Below the pieces are notes generated by a model. That model ran no database searches, was not told where the DNA came from, and saw only the letters and a program-made list of their open reading frames with translations. Of a stretch of DNA of 64,000 nucleotides, positions 1 to 20,910 are shown piece after piece. Positions within the stretch are counted from its first letter, which is position 1. Every line of letters begins with the position of its first letter. Position numbers and translations under genes: made by a program. Source of the DNA: the human T2T-CHM13v2.0 reference genome, Homo sapiens; the NCBI GenBank assembly GCA_009914755.4, contig CP086569.2, positions 21,344,001 through 21,408,000 on the forward strand, written 5' to 3'.

Positions 1-775
1 TTTAACTTGTAGCTACCTGTCCCCACAGCACACCTCCTAGAAGAAAAAAGGCAATTCACCTCATAGAGGGACTATCCAGTCTGACTAGTCAGTGCTGGCT
101 TCTCACATGGAAAGCAACAACAACAACAACAAAAAGAGGCTAGGTAGAGAAAGGGGTGTTCAGTGATGGTTGTTTGGGAAGGAGGAGTAACCTCCTACCC
201 AACCCCAGGAAGTGTTATTATTAGCAGTTAAACAGTCTTTGAGATTTGGTATAAATCCTCCTGACTGCAGAAAGTCACAAAAAATTGCAATCCCTTTACC
301 TGCATTCCTGGTTACTAAGCCTGCTTAATTGAGTTATTTCACTGCTCTGTAAAAGATCCTGTGGCATTGCATCCAGAGAAGGGATGGGAGACACGATGAT
401 CTCAAAAAGTAAAGGAGGAAAATAACATTTGCAATAGGAAATCTTTGAGATACTGTGGCTGACACCCGGTTGGGTAGTTGGGAGGCTGGGGTCAGTCCAG
501 AAACCTTTGAATAACACTGGGGTGTAGCCATGGCCAGAAATTCTCAGTTAATCCAAGACCTATTCAAGCTCCATGCAACAGCCAAGCTCTCCACGAAAAT
601 AAACTGGTTTTGACAAAGACTACATTCCCAGCACCCTGAGGGCACTAAGGGATTGACTAGGTCCTTCCCAGTAAGCCTCACATCTGAGTCTTCAAGACTA
701 GCCCTTGTGGTTAGTCAGCCATCAGATGCTTGATGGTTTTTGATAGTTCTTTTAGTTAATAAAAACTGAGTGCAT

Positions 776-1035
776 GCTAGCTGCGGTGGCTCATGCCTGT
801 AATCCAATCACTTTGGGATCTCTAGAGATTGGGAGTTTGTGACCAAGCTGGCCAACATGGTGAGACCCCGTTTCTACTAAAAATACAAAAATGAGTCGGG
901 CATGGAGGCTGAGGCAGAAGAATTGCTGGAACCCAGGAGGCAGAGGTTGTTGCAGTGAACGGAGATCATGCCACGGCAGTCAGCCTGAGTGGCAAAGTGA
1001 GACTCCGTATAAAAAAACAAAAAAAACAAAAAACT
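776..1035 (+). mobile_element. Alu SINE (internally deleted), ending in an A-rich tail
   Basis: gctgcggtggctcatgcctgtaatcc ... ggaggcagaggttgttgcagtgaac ... followed by aaaaaaacaaaaaaaacaaaaaac. Confidence 0.85.
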
Positions 1036-1170
1036 GAGGACAAGAAGCCAGAAAAATTAAAGTAGATGTTCACTCCTGTACTCACCTTTCAGGGAATACA
1101 CCTTTAAATCCTGGGTGGGCCCATGAAATGAAGCAACCTTACACTTTATACTTGAAGTATATACTTTATA

Positions 1171-1260
1171 CTTAAAGGGTTAAGTATAAAATGAACTGTA
1201 GAAAGGAGAAAAGGTGAGTTAAAAGGCAATATAATTAATGTATCTCTTAGAAAAATAAAA
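1171..1260. repeat. Copy 1 of an 89-bp near-identical direct repeat; copy 2 is at 7918-8007
   Basis: ttaaagggttaagtataaaatgaactgtagaaaggagaaaaggtgagttaaaaggcaatataattaatgtatctcttagaaaaataaaa recurs 6.7 kb downstream with one mismatch. Confidence 0.85.
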
Positions 1261-3196
1261 TGCTTGCTAATTTAGTTGGGACTACATGTGCTTTCTTTAC
1301 AGAGCAGAGGTTTTTGTGTTTTTTGTTTGTTTGTTTTCTTTTTTATCAGATCTCACACCATTCCCTGAACACATAAGCAGACTATTAATCTGTTGCTCTG
1401 TGTTGCTTATCTGGGAGGGAGCATTTCTGTGACTGTTCCCAGACATCTTCTTGCAGCTGCAGACATTCCTTCCCCTTTCTGCTTCTAGCTTCTACATTGT
1501 AGTGTGCCTAAAGGGAAAGGGATGTACATATTAAAGGCCACTGTTTTTACTGGAGCCGATTATATGGTGTGAAGTTCGGTGATTACCCAGCAGACACTCC
1601 CTCCTTCTGTGCTCAAGCTGTTTATCCATGATTTACAGCCTGAATTTCCATGCTGCCCTTTCTTAGGAAAGAAGTGATTTCTTTCAATGGTGTAAGTTAG
1701 AAAAGGAGCTATTTCTGAAGTTTTTTTGTTAGAAAAGTTTTCTTCTGGCTACTCTCTTTACCCTGTGTACCAAAATAATTTCTTTCTACTTCCTATAACA
1801 TTGCCACAGCCAAAACTTCAGTTCATTCAGAAAACTAGCTATTTATAAAGATAGTCTGATTGTCATAAAATCTATTTATAATAAAATATTCTGGTTAGTC
1901 AGAAAATTGCTCACAATAATATTAAACAAACACAAATTATTATTAAATAAACAACAAATAATAATAATATTCACCTCAATGGAAATTTATCATGAAGTTG
2001 GAAAAGACAGACATCAATTCTTCTAATAGCCAATCGTGAGAAATTACTTGCATAATTATTCTTCAGATAAACAACCTCTGGCTTCCATGACAAAATTCCT
2101 TCACATAAATATTTCTCACACAGGGTTTAGGTTCCATTATTCTTCTATTTAGGGGGCTATCTGTGTTAGCTTACAGCATTTAGCAACAAAGAAAATGAGT
2201 TGTCACATTGTCAGAGCAGCATTATTTTGAAGTGTGGCATATACCCAATAAAAGCCCTAAAAGACTATCAGGGAGCTGGAGAAGAGCAGTTCTGTGATCT
2301 ACCTCATCTGATTCATTGATATGTCATTAAGAAATTGTCTTCCTTACTTTGATGATCTATTCTATTACTATTAACGGGATGTCTCTCAGGGACAGGAGAG
2401 AGAAAAACTTTATTTTACAATTGAGAAACGGCTCCTGTGGGTTTACAAATATTCCTCATACGGTGTTTTCTTAATGTCATAGATTCTTAAGAACTATTAT
2501 TTGAAGAAGAGCAGAAATACTGATTAGTCATAAGTTTGCTTTTCACTTATGTGTTTCATTTTCTGATTTTTGTCTGAGTGTGTTAATTTGAAGAACTAGT
2601 GTTTGTGCAATGAAATCTTTTCCTCAGATTGGTCTATTTTGCTGTTATAATTTCTGATTGTATTTAAAAAATGCTTGTAGTAATTATTTTTATCTCAAGA
2701 AGCTCAGCTTGGATCTTTCTTAAAATAGGATTTTAATCTCCCTGTGAGAATGAATTGTTCCACTATATGAATTAACTGTCTTGAATTATTTCAACTTTCT
2801 GCTCAATCTCAACTAATTTATTGCTATTCTGATTGTGAATTCTATCTCTGTAATTTCAGAAAGTACAGACTGATTGAGAGTCATTACTAGACAGCTGGTG
2901 TGCTCCTTTTGAAGTAAAGGGACCCTCCTAACTTACTGAAAATCCTGAGTACTTGTGCTGGCTCTTCTTAGCAAATGCAAATCAAAACCACAAACAGATA
3001 ACACTTCGTATCAATAAGAATAGACATTATTTAAAAATATGAAAATTATGGAAGCTAGCAAGACTTCAGAAAAAAAGAAATACTTAGACCCAGTTGATGC
3101 AATGTAAATTCCTACAGTCAAAGTGGAAAGTAGTCTGGAAATATCTCAAAGAAGTCAAAACAGAGGGATCATTAAACCTACCAATCCCATTCCTTA

Positions 3197-3199
3197 GTA

Positions 3200-3245
<46 letters not shown>
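3197..3245. repeat. (TAA)n microsatellite
   Basis: run of aataataataat... Confidence 0.9.
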
Positions 3246-3246
<1 letters not shown>

Positions 3247-4137
3247 GGTGATACAAGAAAAAAATTTGTTTTCCTTCTTGGCTTTTAAATAACAAACACT
3301 TGAAATCAAATTAGTTGTTTTTAAAAGCTAGATTAATGAAGAAAATATGGATGAACATATGGTAAATATGGTCTATGTAGACCATAAAATACTATACAAC
3401 CATTTACAGTAAAATTGGGTCCTTTGGAGCAACATGGATGGAGATGTTGCAAGATCACTTGGGCCACTGCGATGACTGCCTCTATCTGATATGAGAGTCA
3501 CTAGATGCCAAGAGTGGGACTAAGCACTACCCCAAATTATTCCAAGTTTTCCCCTATGAATGCAACAGACTAGATAACATTTCCAAGTACCAAAATGAAT
3601 TATGGGAGAAGTGGAATATTAATGAAAGATTGAAGAATCCAGAACATAAATTCTTAGCCATTAATGTACATTATAGCCCAATCATGGATATAATGTACAT
3701 TAATGTACAAAATATAATGTACAAAATATAATCAGAGCCCAGATAGCCTCTGGGGCTGTCTATAGTTGAGTCAACAATAACTTTGTTAACAAGAAGAAAG
3801 CCCTATGTAGTGCCTGCCCAAGGGGACTGAGTAGTCTATGAGCAATCTTTTTGGAAGTTAACAGTTGGCCCTGGAAAAAGGCACAAGATTTAGATCCTGC
3901 CAACTTTTATAGGAGTAACTGAATTGATGTAACAATGTTTTCCATTTAATTAACAGAGACAGGATAACTTAACTATTTTCCCAGAAGAAGACGTTAAGGG
4001 TATCGTTTGTTCAACTGTAGGCATTTATTTCACATAAACGTCTCCTCCATAAGAATGTGGAAGTCTTATCACATTTAATCCCATTGCATTTAGCAGATTC
4101 TGATTTCAACTTCTAAATTTAATCTAAGGAAACACTT

Positions 4138-4150
4138 TCAAATGGGCCTT
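4138..4150. repeat. Left target-site duplication of the L1 insertion at 4151-7714
   Basis: tcaaatgggcctt lies just before the poly-T and recurs at 7715-7727 just after the L1 sequence ends. Confidence 0.7.
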
Positions 4151-4185
4151 TTTTTTTTTTTTCTAAATCCAAGGGTGAGTACATT

Positions 4186-4230
<45 letters not shown>

Positions 4231-4434
4231 TTATACTCTAAGTTTTAGGGTACTTGTGCACATTGTGCAGGTTAGTTACATATGTATACATGTGCCATGC
4301 TGGTGCGCTGCACCCACTAACGTGTCATCTAGCATTAGGTATATCTCCCAATGCTATCCCTCCCCCCTCCCCCGACCCCACCACAGTCCCCAGAGTGTGA
4401 TATTCCCCTTCCTGTGTCCATGTGATCTCATTGT

Positions 4435-6612
<2,178 letters not shown>

Positions 6613-6615
6613 TCA

Positions 6616-6810
<195 letters not shown>

Positions 6811-6813
6811 TTA

Positions 6814-7773
<960 letters not shown>

Positions 7774-7917
7774 TAGCATGTCCAACTTTTGACTCTTCTG
7801 AGCTGGGCACCTGAGTATGTGATTGTTGGCCTTTTCTTTTCTGAAGCTTCCAAGAACATAGTTACATAAACCTGTAGTAAGGGCCTCACAAAGAGGAGTC
7901 AAAAGACTGTGTTTTAA

Positions 7918-8007
7918 TTGTTAAAGGGTTAAGTATAAAATGAACTGTAGGAAGGAGAAAAGGTGAGTTAAAAGGCAATATAATTAATGTATCTCTTAGA
8001 AAAATAA
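7918..8007. repeat. Copy 2 of the 89-bp direct repeat (see 1171-1260)
   Basis: Identical apart from agaaagg versus aggaagg. Confidence 0.85.
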
Positions 8008-8367
8008 AAGCACTTGGTAACAATACTCCACTTCTGTTTTATTCCATTTCCATGGGAATTCTGTGTTGTACTTATTCTAGATAGTTTCTGCTCAAAGAGG
8101 GCAGAAATATTAGGTCTCAAAGTGGAAATGATCTATTTGAAGTTAGAAATATTCATGAGTATCAAAAATTTAGAACTATCTATTAGATCATGAGGATGCC
8201 AGGTCTGGAAGGTCTCTCAAGAAGCCAGTATTGTAACCCCATACAGAGGGTGTAACAACAGTATAATCTGCAGTGCACAAGTATGCCTCTTCTTACAACC
8301 AGGTCTAAAGGTAAAAGTAGCCCCCACAAACAAAATTTTTCTGACCTGATAAAGAATTCTAACTATT

Positions 8368-9395
8368 CAGGGATGGAGCCAAGATGGCCAAATAGGAACA
8401 GCTCCAGTCTACAGTGCCCAGTGTGAGTGATGCAGAAGACAGGTGATTTCTGCATTTCCAACTGAGGTACAGGGTTCATCTCACTGTGGAGTGTCAGAGA
8501 GTGGGTACAGGACAGTGGGTGAAGTGCACTGAGCATGAGCTGAAGCAGGGCGAGTTATTGCCTCACATGGGAAGTGCAAAGGGTCAGGGAATTCCCTTTC
8601 CTAGTCAAAGAAAGGGGTGACAGATGGCACCTGGAAAATTGGGTCACTCACACCCTAATATTGCACTTTTCCAACAGTCTTAGCAAATGGCACACCAGGA
8701 GATTATATCCCACACATGATTCAGAGGGTCCTATGCCCATGGAGCCTCACCTATTGCTAGCACAGCAGTCTGAGATCAAACTGCAAGGCTGCAGTGAGAC
8801 TGGGGGAGGGGCGCCCACCATTGCAAAGGCTTGAGTAGGTAAACAAAGTGGCTGGGAAGCTTGAATTGGGTGGAGCCCACCACAGCTCAAGGAGGCCTGC
8901 CTGTCTCTGTAGACTCCACCTCTGGGGGCAGGGCATAGCCAAACAAAAGGCAGTAGAAACCTCTACAGACTTAAATTTCCCTGTCTGACATCTTTGAAGA
9001 GAGTAGTGTTTCTCCTAGCATGCAGCTGGAGATCTGAGAACAGAGAGACTGCCTCCTCAAGTGGGTCCCTGACCCCCAAGTAGCCTAACTGGGAGGCAAC
9101 CCCCAGTAGGGGAAGACTGACACCTTAAATGGCTGGGTACCCCTCTGAGACAAAACTTCCAGAGGAGTGATAAGGCAGCAACATTTGCTGTTCACCAATA
9201 TCCGCTGTTCTGCAGCCTCCACTGCTGATACTCAGGCAAACAGGGTCTGGAGTGGACCTCCAGCAAACTCCAACAGACCTGCAGCTGAGGGTCCTGACTG
9301 TTAGAAGGAAAACTAACAAACACAAAGGACATCCACACCAAAACCCCATCTGTACGTCACCATCATCAAAGACCAAAGGTAGATCAAACCACAAA
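8368..9395 (+). promoter_or_regulatory. L1 5'UTR (internal sense promoter, and the known antisense promoter region, by family knowledge)
   Basis: Canonical L1 5'UTR start and body; activity cannot be judged from sequence. Confidence 0.5.
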
Positions 9396-10458
9396 GATGG
9401 GGAAAAAACAGAGCAGAAAAACTGGAAACTCTAAAAGTCAGAGTGCCTCTCCTCCTCCAAAGGAATGAAGCTCCTCACCAGCAATGGAACAAAGCTGGAC
9501 GGAGAATGACTTTGATGAGTTGAGGGAAGAAGGCTTCAGACGATCAAACTACTCTGAGCTAAAGGAGGAAGTTCGAACCCATGGCAAAGTAGTTAAAAAC
9601 CTTGAAAAAAAAACTATACAAATAGCTAACTAGAATAAGCAATGCCGAGAAGTGCTTAAAGGAGCTAATGGAGCTGAAAACCATGGCACAAGAACTACAT
9701 GATGAATGCAGAAGCCTCAGTAGCTGATTCGATCAACTGGAAGAAAGGCTATCAGTGATAGAAAATCAAATGAATGAAATGAAGTGAGAAGAGAAGTTTA
9801 GATAAAAAAGAATAAAAAGAAACAAAGCCTCCAAGAAATATGGGACTATGTGAAAAGACCAAATCTACATCTGATTAGTGTACATGAAAGTGACTGGGAG
9901 AGTGGAATCAACTTGGAAAACACTCTACAGGATATTATCCAGGAGAACTTCCCCAATCTAGCAAGGCAGGCCAATATTCAAATTCAGGAAATACAGAGAA
10001 CACCACAAATACTTCTCGAGAAGACCAACTCCAAGACACATAATTGTCAGATTCACCAAAGTTGAAATGAAGGAAAAAATGTTAAGGGCAGCCAGAGAGA
10101 AAGGTCAGGTTACCCACAAAGGGAAGCCCATCAGACTAAGAGTGGCTCTCTTGGCAGAAACTCTGCAAGCCAGAAGAGAGTGGGGGTAAATATTCAACAT
10201 CCTTAAAGAAAAGAATTTTCAACCCAGAATTTCATATCCAGCCAAACTAAGCTTCATAAGTGAAGGAGAAATAAAATACTTTACAGACAAGGAAATGCTG
10301 AGAGATTTTGTCACCTAGAAGAGCTCCTGAAGGAAGCACTAAACATGGAAAAGAACAATCGGTAGCAGCCACTGCAAAAACATGTCAAATTGTAAAGACC
10401 ATTGAGGATATGAAGAAACTGCATCAACTAAAGGGCAAAATAACCAGCTAACATCATA

Positions 10459-14270
<3,812 letters not shown>

Positions 14271-14887
14271 GAGGGATACCATTAGGAGATATACCTAATG
14301 TTAAATGACGAGTTAATGGGTGCAGCACACCAACATGACACATGTATACATATGTAACAAACCTGCATATTGTACACATGTACCCTAAAACTTAAAGTAT
14401 AATAATAAGAAATTCTAACTATTTATTTAATATCAGCATGCAGTCAGATACAGCTTTAAACTATTGGTCCTCATCCCCAGGGCTATCTGATACACTTTCT
14501 AAATGTTCTTGAATGTACACACAGAAGTTAGTCTTAATTATTTTGCAAGGTTCCCATAATCAATCATAAGTAAATATGATGAGAAGTTAGGCAGAAAAAT
14601 AAATAATATGTTGTCAATCCTGTCTAGTTTCTGAGAATAAATCAGGTTACATAACTGCCTCATTCAAAAGGTAGCATTGCAAATGAGCTAGTAATCTGCA
14701 TGTGAAGAAGGCCCTCAAATTTTAATAAGAGCCATTTCTATGGAAATAAAAGAAATACATAGTTTAACATTTGACCAATTTATTAAGTTGTCAAACTAAA
14801 AGCATTATTATTTACAGAGAAGGAATATAGTGGTGGTATAATACTTTTTTTGCCTCTTTTAAGAGGAATAGTGTAGGAGTGTTTTCA

Positions 14888-14970
14888 CGGAGACCAAATC
14901 AGAAACACAGACACACATAAACACGCACACACACGTGCGCGCACACACACACATCTATATATATATATAT
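14888..14970. repeat. (CA)n / (TA)n compound microsatellite
   Basis: acacagacacacataaacacgcacacacacgtgcgcgcacacacacacatctatatatatatatat. Confidence 0.9.
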
Positions 14971-17900
14971 GCACTAACTTGGTAAGTTTAGCCCAAGAAG
15001 CACATAGCATTCAGCCTAAATGGTGGAAAGTAATAAAAACTCAGAAACAGTGGGCAGTACAAGAATCTAACAGCTTGTGTACTGGAGTTTTTAAATTATC
15101 ATACTCTCTCAAGTTATGCTTCTTTTATTATTATTATTAGCTTTATATATTATTTTTTATTTTAATTATCCTCTTTCAAGTTCCTGTATTTATAAAGACA
15201 AATAATAGCAAGGGCAAGTTGTTCAAAAATTTAGTTCTTTTTTTATTCTCTTTGCCTGAGTATTTGCATTGAATGATACAATGAAAGTTATTTGTTATAA
15301 AGGCTCCTCTTAAATTGGCTTTGCTGGAACTTTGTTTAATTAGGATTATAGATTAGACTTTCCAAAGCCTTGACCTAAGCCAATGTTTTGTGTGTGCCTG
15401 CATATATTTGTGTTAATTGGATAAACTTCTCTACTGAGGGTCCCAGGATAATTTGGAGATCCTGGGCCTGTCAGAAAAGTACATGATTTAATCATCAGAG
15501 TTCAGGGAGCCTGTAGAGGAATCCCATAAACAAAAAATAGAGATAGATTTTCCAATGGTCTTTTAAAAAGCTGTATAAGTCAACTTTGATTTTTAAAGCA
15601 GTCTCTTTATATCTGAAAGTATGCCATTGCAGAAAAAAACTTTGGTAAGATAACAACTGCTTATAACGGCATTTTATAAGTCTAATGGAATGTATGCAAA
15701 TAATTACACTGCTACATATTAAGTATAGTTAAATATAGTCCTCATTTTCTGGGGGTATCTGGTAGAGACAGAAAAAGACACTCCAACTTTTCTCGAAGTA
15801 ATCAATCTTATTCAACTTTTATAAATTGCAAATAGCTTAAAAGAAAAAATATCATTGAAAACAAACCAAGAATAATAAACTAATTCAACAAAAAGTTATG
15901 AGAGTTTAGTATAATATTCTGTTAGTTTTGTCAATAAAATTTACTCTCTTTCTGATTAACATTGAATCAATAATCCTCAGGTATATTTTAGTTCTCCATG
16001 ACAGAACAGTCCTGAAAGCTTTTGGCTCCATTCCAATGGCACAATTCTAACGTTATCAGGGACCCATTCTTAACTTATCAGGAACACATTCTTTAGTATA
16101 CTCCTTAGAGTTTTGTAGCTGTTTACATACTGCCCTATAAAAAATCAAAGAAAAGGAGTGATTGTTGATGATAAAATTGTTAAAATCTCTATGATTATAA
16201 ACAAAATCAACTATAAGTCTCGGTTACATATATGGCATACAAATATTTTGAATAATATTTGTAATTACAACTGATAACATATACTAAGAACAATTATAGG
16301 ACACATAGTAATGGGAAATCTGTATGAATATAGCTCAGAGAAGCTTAAGCAGCATTATATTGCTATAGTTCACAATACTTTCTATATACAATTAATATAC
16401 CAGATAAGCAAAATATGCCTTTTTTGGACTTCAGGCTACCTCATATTCAGAAAACGAATAAATAGATCAATAAGAGGCTTGATTTAGAATATGACTTTTA
16501 AAGCTTTTTAAATATATACATTTTAAACATTTGATGTTACAAAACCCAGAAAAAGATATCTTAAATACCTAAGAAAAGTTTTTACTTTGTTATATGGTAG
16601 ACATATTTTTTTTGAAGGGAAAAACTGGTCAAATAAAATAATGTGAGAGAGAGAATCTGTATTTCTTCCCATTTTCTTTATCATTTATCCAAAGGAAAAC
16701 AAAATTATTATCTTTTACTATATCATAAATATCCAGTTTAAAAAAGTAAGCAAAATTTTACATTTGCCTTAGTTTACTACGTTAAACTTGATTGATAGTA
16801 TAACCTTATAAACAAATGTATTCAGCATTCTTTAGTTTGCTTATAAAGTAAGATTCTATAAACCTACGATAATTTTTTATAACTTCTGTGGAACAGTTGA
16901 CAATCTCTGTAAAAACAACTTTAAAGAAATTTAAAAAAAAGTGTTTTAAAAGTTTCCTTATAAAAACCAAAGGCAAAAATTTTGGTTGCATATTACTGTA
17001 ATTGTATTGTAAGGTTTTATATAAAGAAAAATCATTAAAGCCCCTTAACTTCAGGAAAACTGCTCCCAGCCACAGAATTTTTTTATTAATAAAAATTTGT
17101 TACAAAATTTTTTGTAACTGTAAAGCCAGATTTTACAAGCAGATTATGAGAAAGAAAGAAAAGAAAGGAAAACACCTAAAGTGACCAAAAGTTAAGTATA
17201 AACTATGGGGTCACTTTCTGTAGTATTTTTGTTTACTTACCTCAAGAATCAATATATAAAAATTAGGTCAGCTGTTAATATTTAGTTCAATTTTTGAAAG
17301 GAAAAAATTGGGGACTCTCAGTGTTCCAGGTAGATGACTTTCCCAGATAGGAGGGTGAAACAAGAGGTGCAGCGTGTAGAAGAAATCAGTGTTCATACAG
17401 AAATTTATGCATTCACAAATTCAAATAAACAGTGTGCTTCAAAATGAGTCCCAAATCAATAGTTTGGATAGGTCCTTGAAACCTCTTCCCAAGCTCTGAA
17501 TTGCTCCATGGACAGCTGAGTCTCAGTCAAGCAAAGAGCTTCAGTGGTGCTGCACTTGACAATAAATACAAAGGCATAAAACATTCAAATAGCTTTTTGA
17601 GGAACCTATAGTCAAAAATTGCAGGACCATAGTGACACTCTAAGAGAGGCAGAAGGTGGCCAAATATTTATTGAGATCATATAGCTTACTTCCAAATGTA
17701 GCCATCTTTTTAGAGGTCACTTTCTTCTTTAGAAGTGTGTTGAAGGAAGTAAGGTAAAGAGGAGGTTTGCCAAACCAGAAACCATTTCTGTCAGTTGTTG
17801 AGAATTTTCTGAAAATTCTCATCAAAGAGTCAGCCAGGCATAAGCAGCTGTCACTCCTAGGTGCCCTCATTTTTGTTCAATAAAGTAATATGTCAGGTGC

Positions 17901-18539
17901 AGAGTAATCCACAGTGTGCAGCTCTTCTGCATATGGGCTACAGCTATTGTGATTAGAATGCAGATTCAGTCACTTTCTGCTTGCAGAGTCAAATTGACAA
18001 GAGTGATATACAGAAACTCTAGTAAACAGCAAGTTCTGCTTTAATTTCAAAACTAGCCTAGAGGAATAAGTGCAGGCTTTCTGTCTTTTTAGGGTATGAT
18101 TTTACATTTGGAACAGAAAGGGAGTACTTTTAAAAGGGGCCTAACCTAATGGTCATTCAGATGAGGGAAGGGGGAAGGGAGCAGGTGGGGTTTATACCGG
18201 CTAGCCTACTGCCTTATCTACAGAGCAATTTACCAGGAGATTGTTGGCATTTTCCTAAGTCGGGATACTTCTGGTGATAAACTGACTGATATTTTTTAAC
18301 GTATTCTGCTCATGGGAGTGTGTTTCATAGAAATTTAGTGTTTTATCTTCAGACAGTCTCCTGGTAGGTAAGAGTTCTTTTTAGGAACTGTAAGAGAGTA
18401 ACTAGCCCTGTAGAAATCATCTACTGAAAGGTAGATAAAAGGCTACATCTGCCTTTCTAAATGGCCAACTAGGAAGTGGAGAACTAAAGAAATAAGAAAA
18501 TAAGAGAAAGAAAAAAATACACCATCTCAGCAAAATGTG

Positions 18540-18970
18540 AGTAGACTTCAAATTATACTACAAGGCTTTAGTTATCAAAACAGCATGATGCTGATATAAA
18601 AAAAATGGCACACAGAACAATGAAACTGAATACAGAACACAAAAACAAGGACAAATACTCACTGCCAATTCCTTATTGACAAAGCAAACAAAAATATAAA
18701 TTGGGGAAAGGACACCCTATTCAACAAATGATGCTGGGAATACTGGCAAGCCACATATAGAAGAATAAAACTGGATCCCATCTCTCACCCCATGCAAAAA
18801 TCAACTCAAGATGGATCAAAGACTCAAATCTAAGACCAAAAACTATAAACATTCTTGAAGATAACATCAGAAAAATCTTGTAGACATTGGCTTAGGCAAA
18901 TAACTCATGATTAAGACCCAAAACCAAATGCAACCAAAACAAAACTAAATAAATGGGACCTAATTAAACT
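18540..18970 (+). mobile_element. Old L1 ORF2 3'-region fragment
   Basis: Translates to ...[42 protein letters not shown]..., typical of an L1 ORF2 C-terminal region. Confidence 0.7.
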
Positions 18971-19090
18971 ATTCCTCCACATCCTCTCCAGTATTTTTTT
19001 TCCTGACTTTAATGATCACCATTCTAACTGGCATAAGATGATATCTCATTGTGGTTTTGATTTGCAGTCCTCTAATGACAAGTAATGATG
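18970..19090 (-). mobile_element. Short inverted L1 ORF2 fragment
   Basis: Reverse complement of the [23 protein letters not shown] region: cctgactttaatgatcaccattctaactggcataagatgatatctcattgtggttttgatttgca. Confidence 0.6.
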
Positions 19091-20084
19091 AGCTACAGCT
19101 TTGTCAGTCACACTAGTTTTATTATTTTCTCCCGAAAATATCAGAGACTTTGAAGGAGAACATTATAAGCCTAACACAATCCAAGAAATTCTGTGGTTTT
19201 GCTTCTTGAAATGCACAAAACAACACCACAGAGATAGAAGGAATGCTAAGTATCAGCCATTCATGACACAACCAGAGAAATTTCATCAGACTTCAAAGAA
19301 AAGATAAAAAATCAGAGACCTAGAAATTGCCTGAAATGTAATTAACAATATGTCAAAAAGAACAAAGAAAACCTACAGCTGTGTAATATATTCATGGAAT
19401 TTAAAATATCAATACAAAATTGCAACAGCATAACTAATCTGGTAGAAGAATTAAATGGCCATCTCAAATACAGTTTATATGAATTTAACCAATTAGAAGA
19501 ACAACAATAAACATGGAAAAATGAAATAACCATGTCTATTAATGGATGCCTTAATTTGTAAAAATACACCAATTATAAAAGTACACAAAAGATAAGAAAG
19601 AGACAAAGAAGCAGAAAAGTTATCAGAATTTTTATTGTTCACATTCCAAAGTTTAGAAAAAATATGAACTCACAGATTTAGAAACTCAATGATCATATCA
19701 AGATTAATTTTAAAAGTTAATAGTCCTAGATGCATTTTAATCAAGTTATAAAAAGTAAAATTTAAAAAGTAATGTTAAATCTGTCAGTGGGAAAACTCAT
19801 CCCACATAAGTGAGCTCTATCTGGGTAATTCCCAGTATTTCTAACAGGATTCTACAAAGACAGGAGATAATGTGATGCCATATTAAAAGTGCTAAGATAA
19901 AATTTAAAATACTGCTACCTAAGAGTAGTCTAGACTGCAAAGCTCTTCCTCGGATATGAAAAAAGGCACAAATAGATTTTTAAGTGAACGTCTTAAGCCT
20001 TTCTTAAAAGTCAATCTGTTAGATAATTAACTTCCAGATTCATTTTTTTTCTCTTGAAAATTATTTGTGTCTCACTCTTCAAAA

Positions 20085-20910
20085 GAAGACATTTATGCAG
20101 CCAAAAAACATAGGACAAAAGCTCATCATTACTGGTCATTAGAGAAAGGCAAATCAAAACCACAATGAGATACCACCTCATGCCAGTTAAATGGCTATCA
20201 TTAAAGTCAGGAAAAAACAGATGCTGGAGAGGATGTGGAGAAACAAGAACGCTTTTACACGTTGGCGGGAATGTAAATTAATTCAACCATTATGGAAGAC
20301 AGTGTGGTGATTTCTCCAGGATTTAGAATCAGAAAAACCATTTGACAGAGCAATCCCATTAATGGGTATATACCCAAAGGAATATAAATCATTCTACTAT
20401 AAAGACACATGAACATGTATGTTTATTGAGGCATTGTTCACAATAGCAAAGACTTGGAACCAACCCAAATGCCCATCAAAGATAGACTGGATAAAGGAAA
20501 TGTGGCACATATACACCATGGAATACTATGCAGCCATAAAAAAGGATGAGTTCATGTTCTTTTCAGAGACATGGATGAAGCTGGAAACCATCATTCTCAG
20601 CTAACTAACACAGGAACAGAAAACCAAACACTGCACATTCTCACTCAGAAGTGGGAATTGAACGATGAGAACACATGGACACAGGGAGGGGAACATTATA
20701 CATGGGGGCCTGTTGCGGGGGTAGGGGACTAGGGGTAAGATAGCATTAGGAGAAATACCATCATCTACCTAATGTAGATGATGCGTTGATGGGTGTAGCA
20801 AACCACCATAGCACGTTTATCTATGTAGCAAACCTGCTCATTCTGCACATGTATCCCAGAACTTAAAGTATATATATATAAATTCTCCAAAAAATAAAAA
20901 ATAAAAATTT
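20085..20910 (+). mobile_element. L1 3' end (ORF2 C-terminus plus 3'UTR, with an A-rich tail)
   Basis: ...[10 protein letters not shown]..; [29 protein letters not shown]; ...ttaaagtatatatatataaattctccaaaaaataaaaaataaaaa. Confidence 0.8.

Noticed and set aside
8368-9395. Calling the L1 5'UTRs (also 59408-60431) active promoters
   Set aside because: Promoter activity in these old, mutated copies cannot be inferred from sequence. I annotate them only as 5'UTR or potential promoter.
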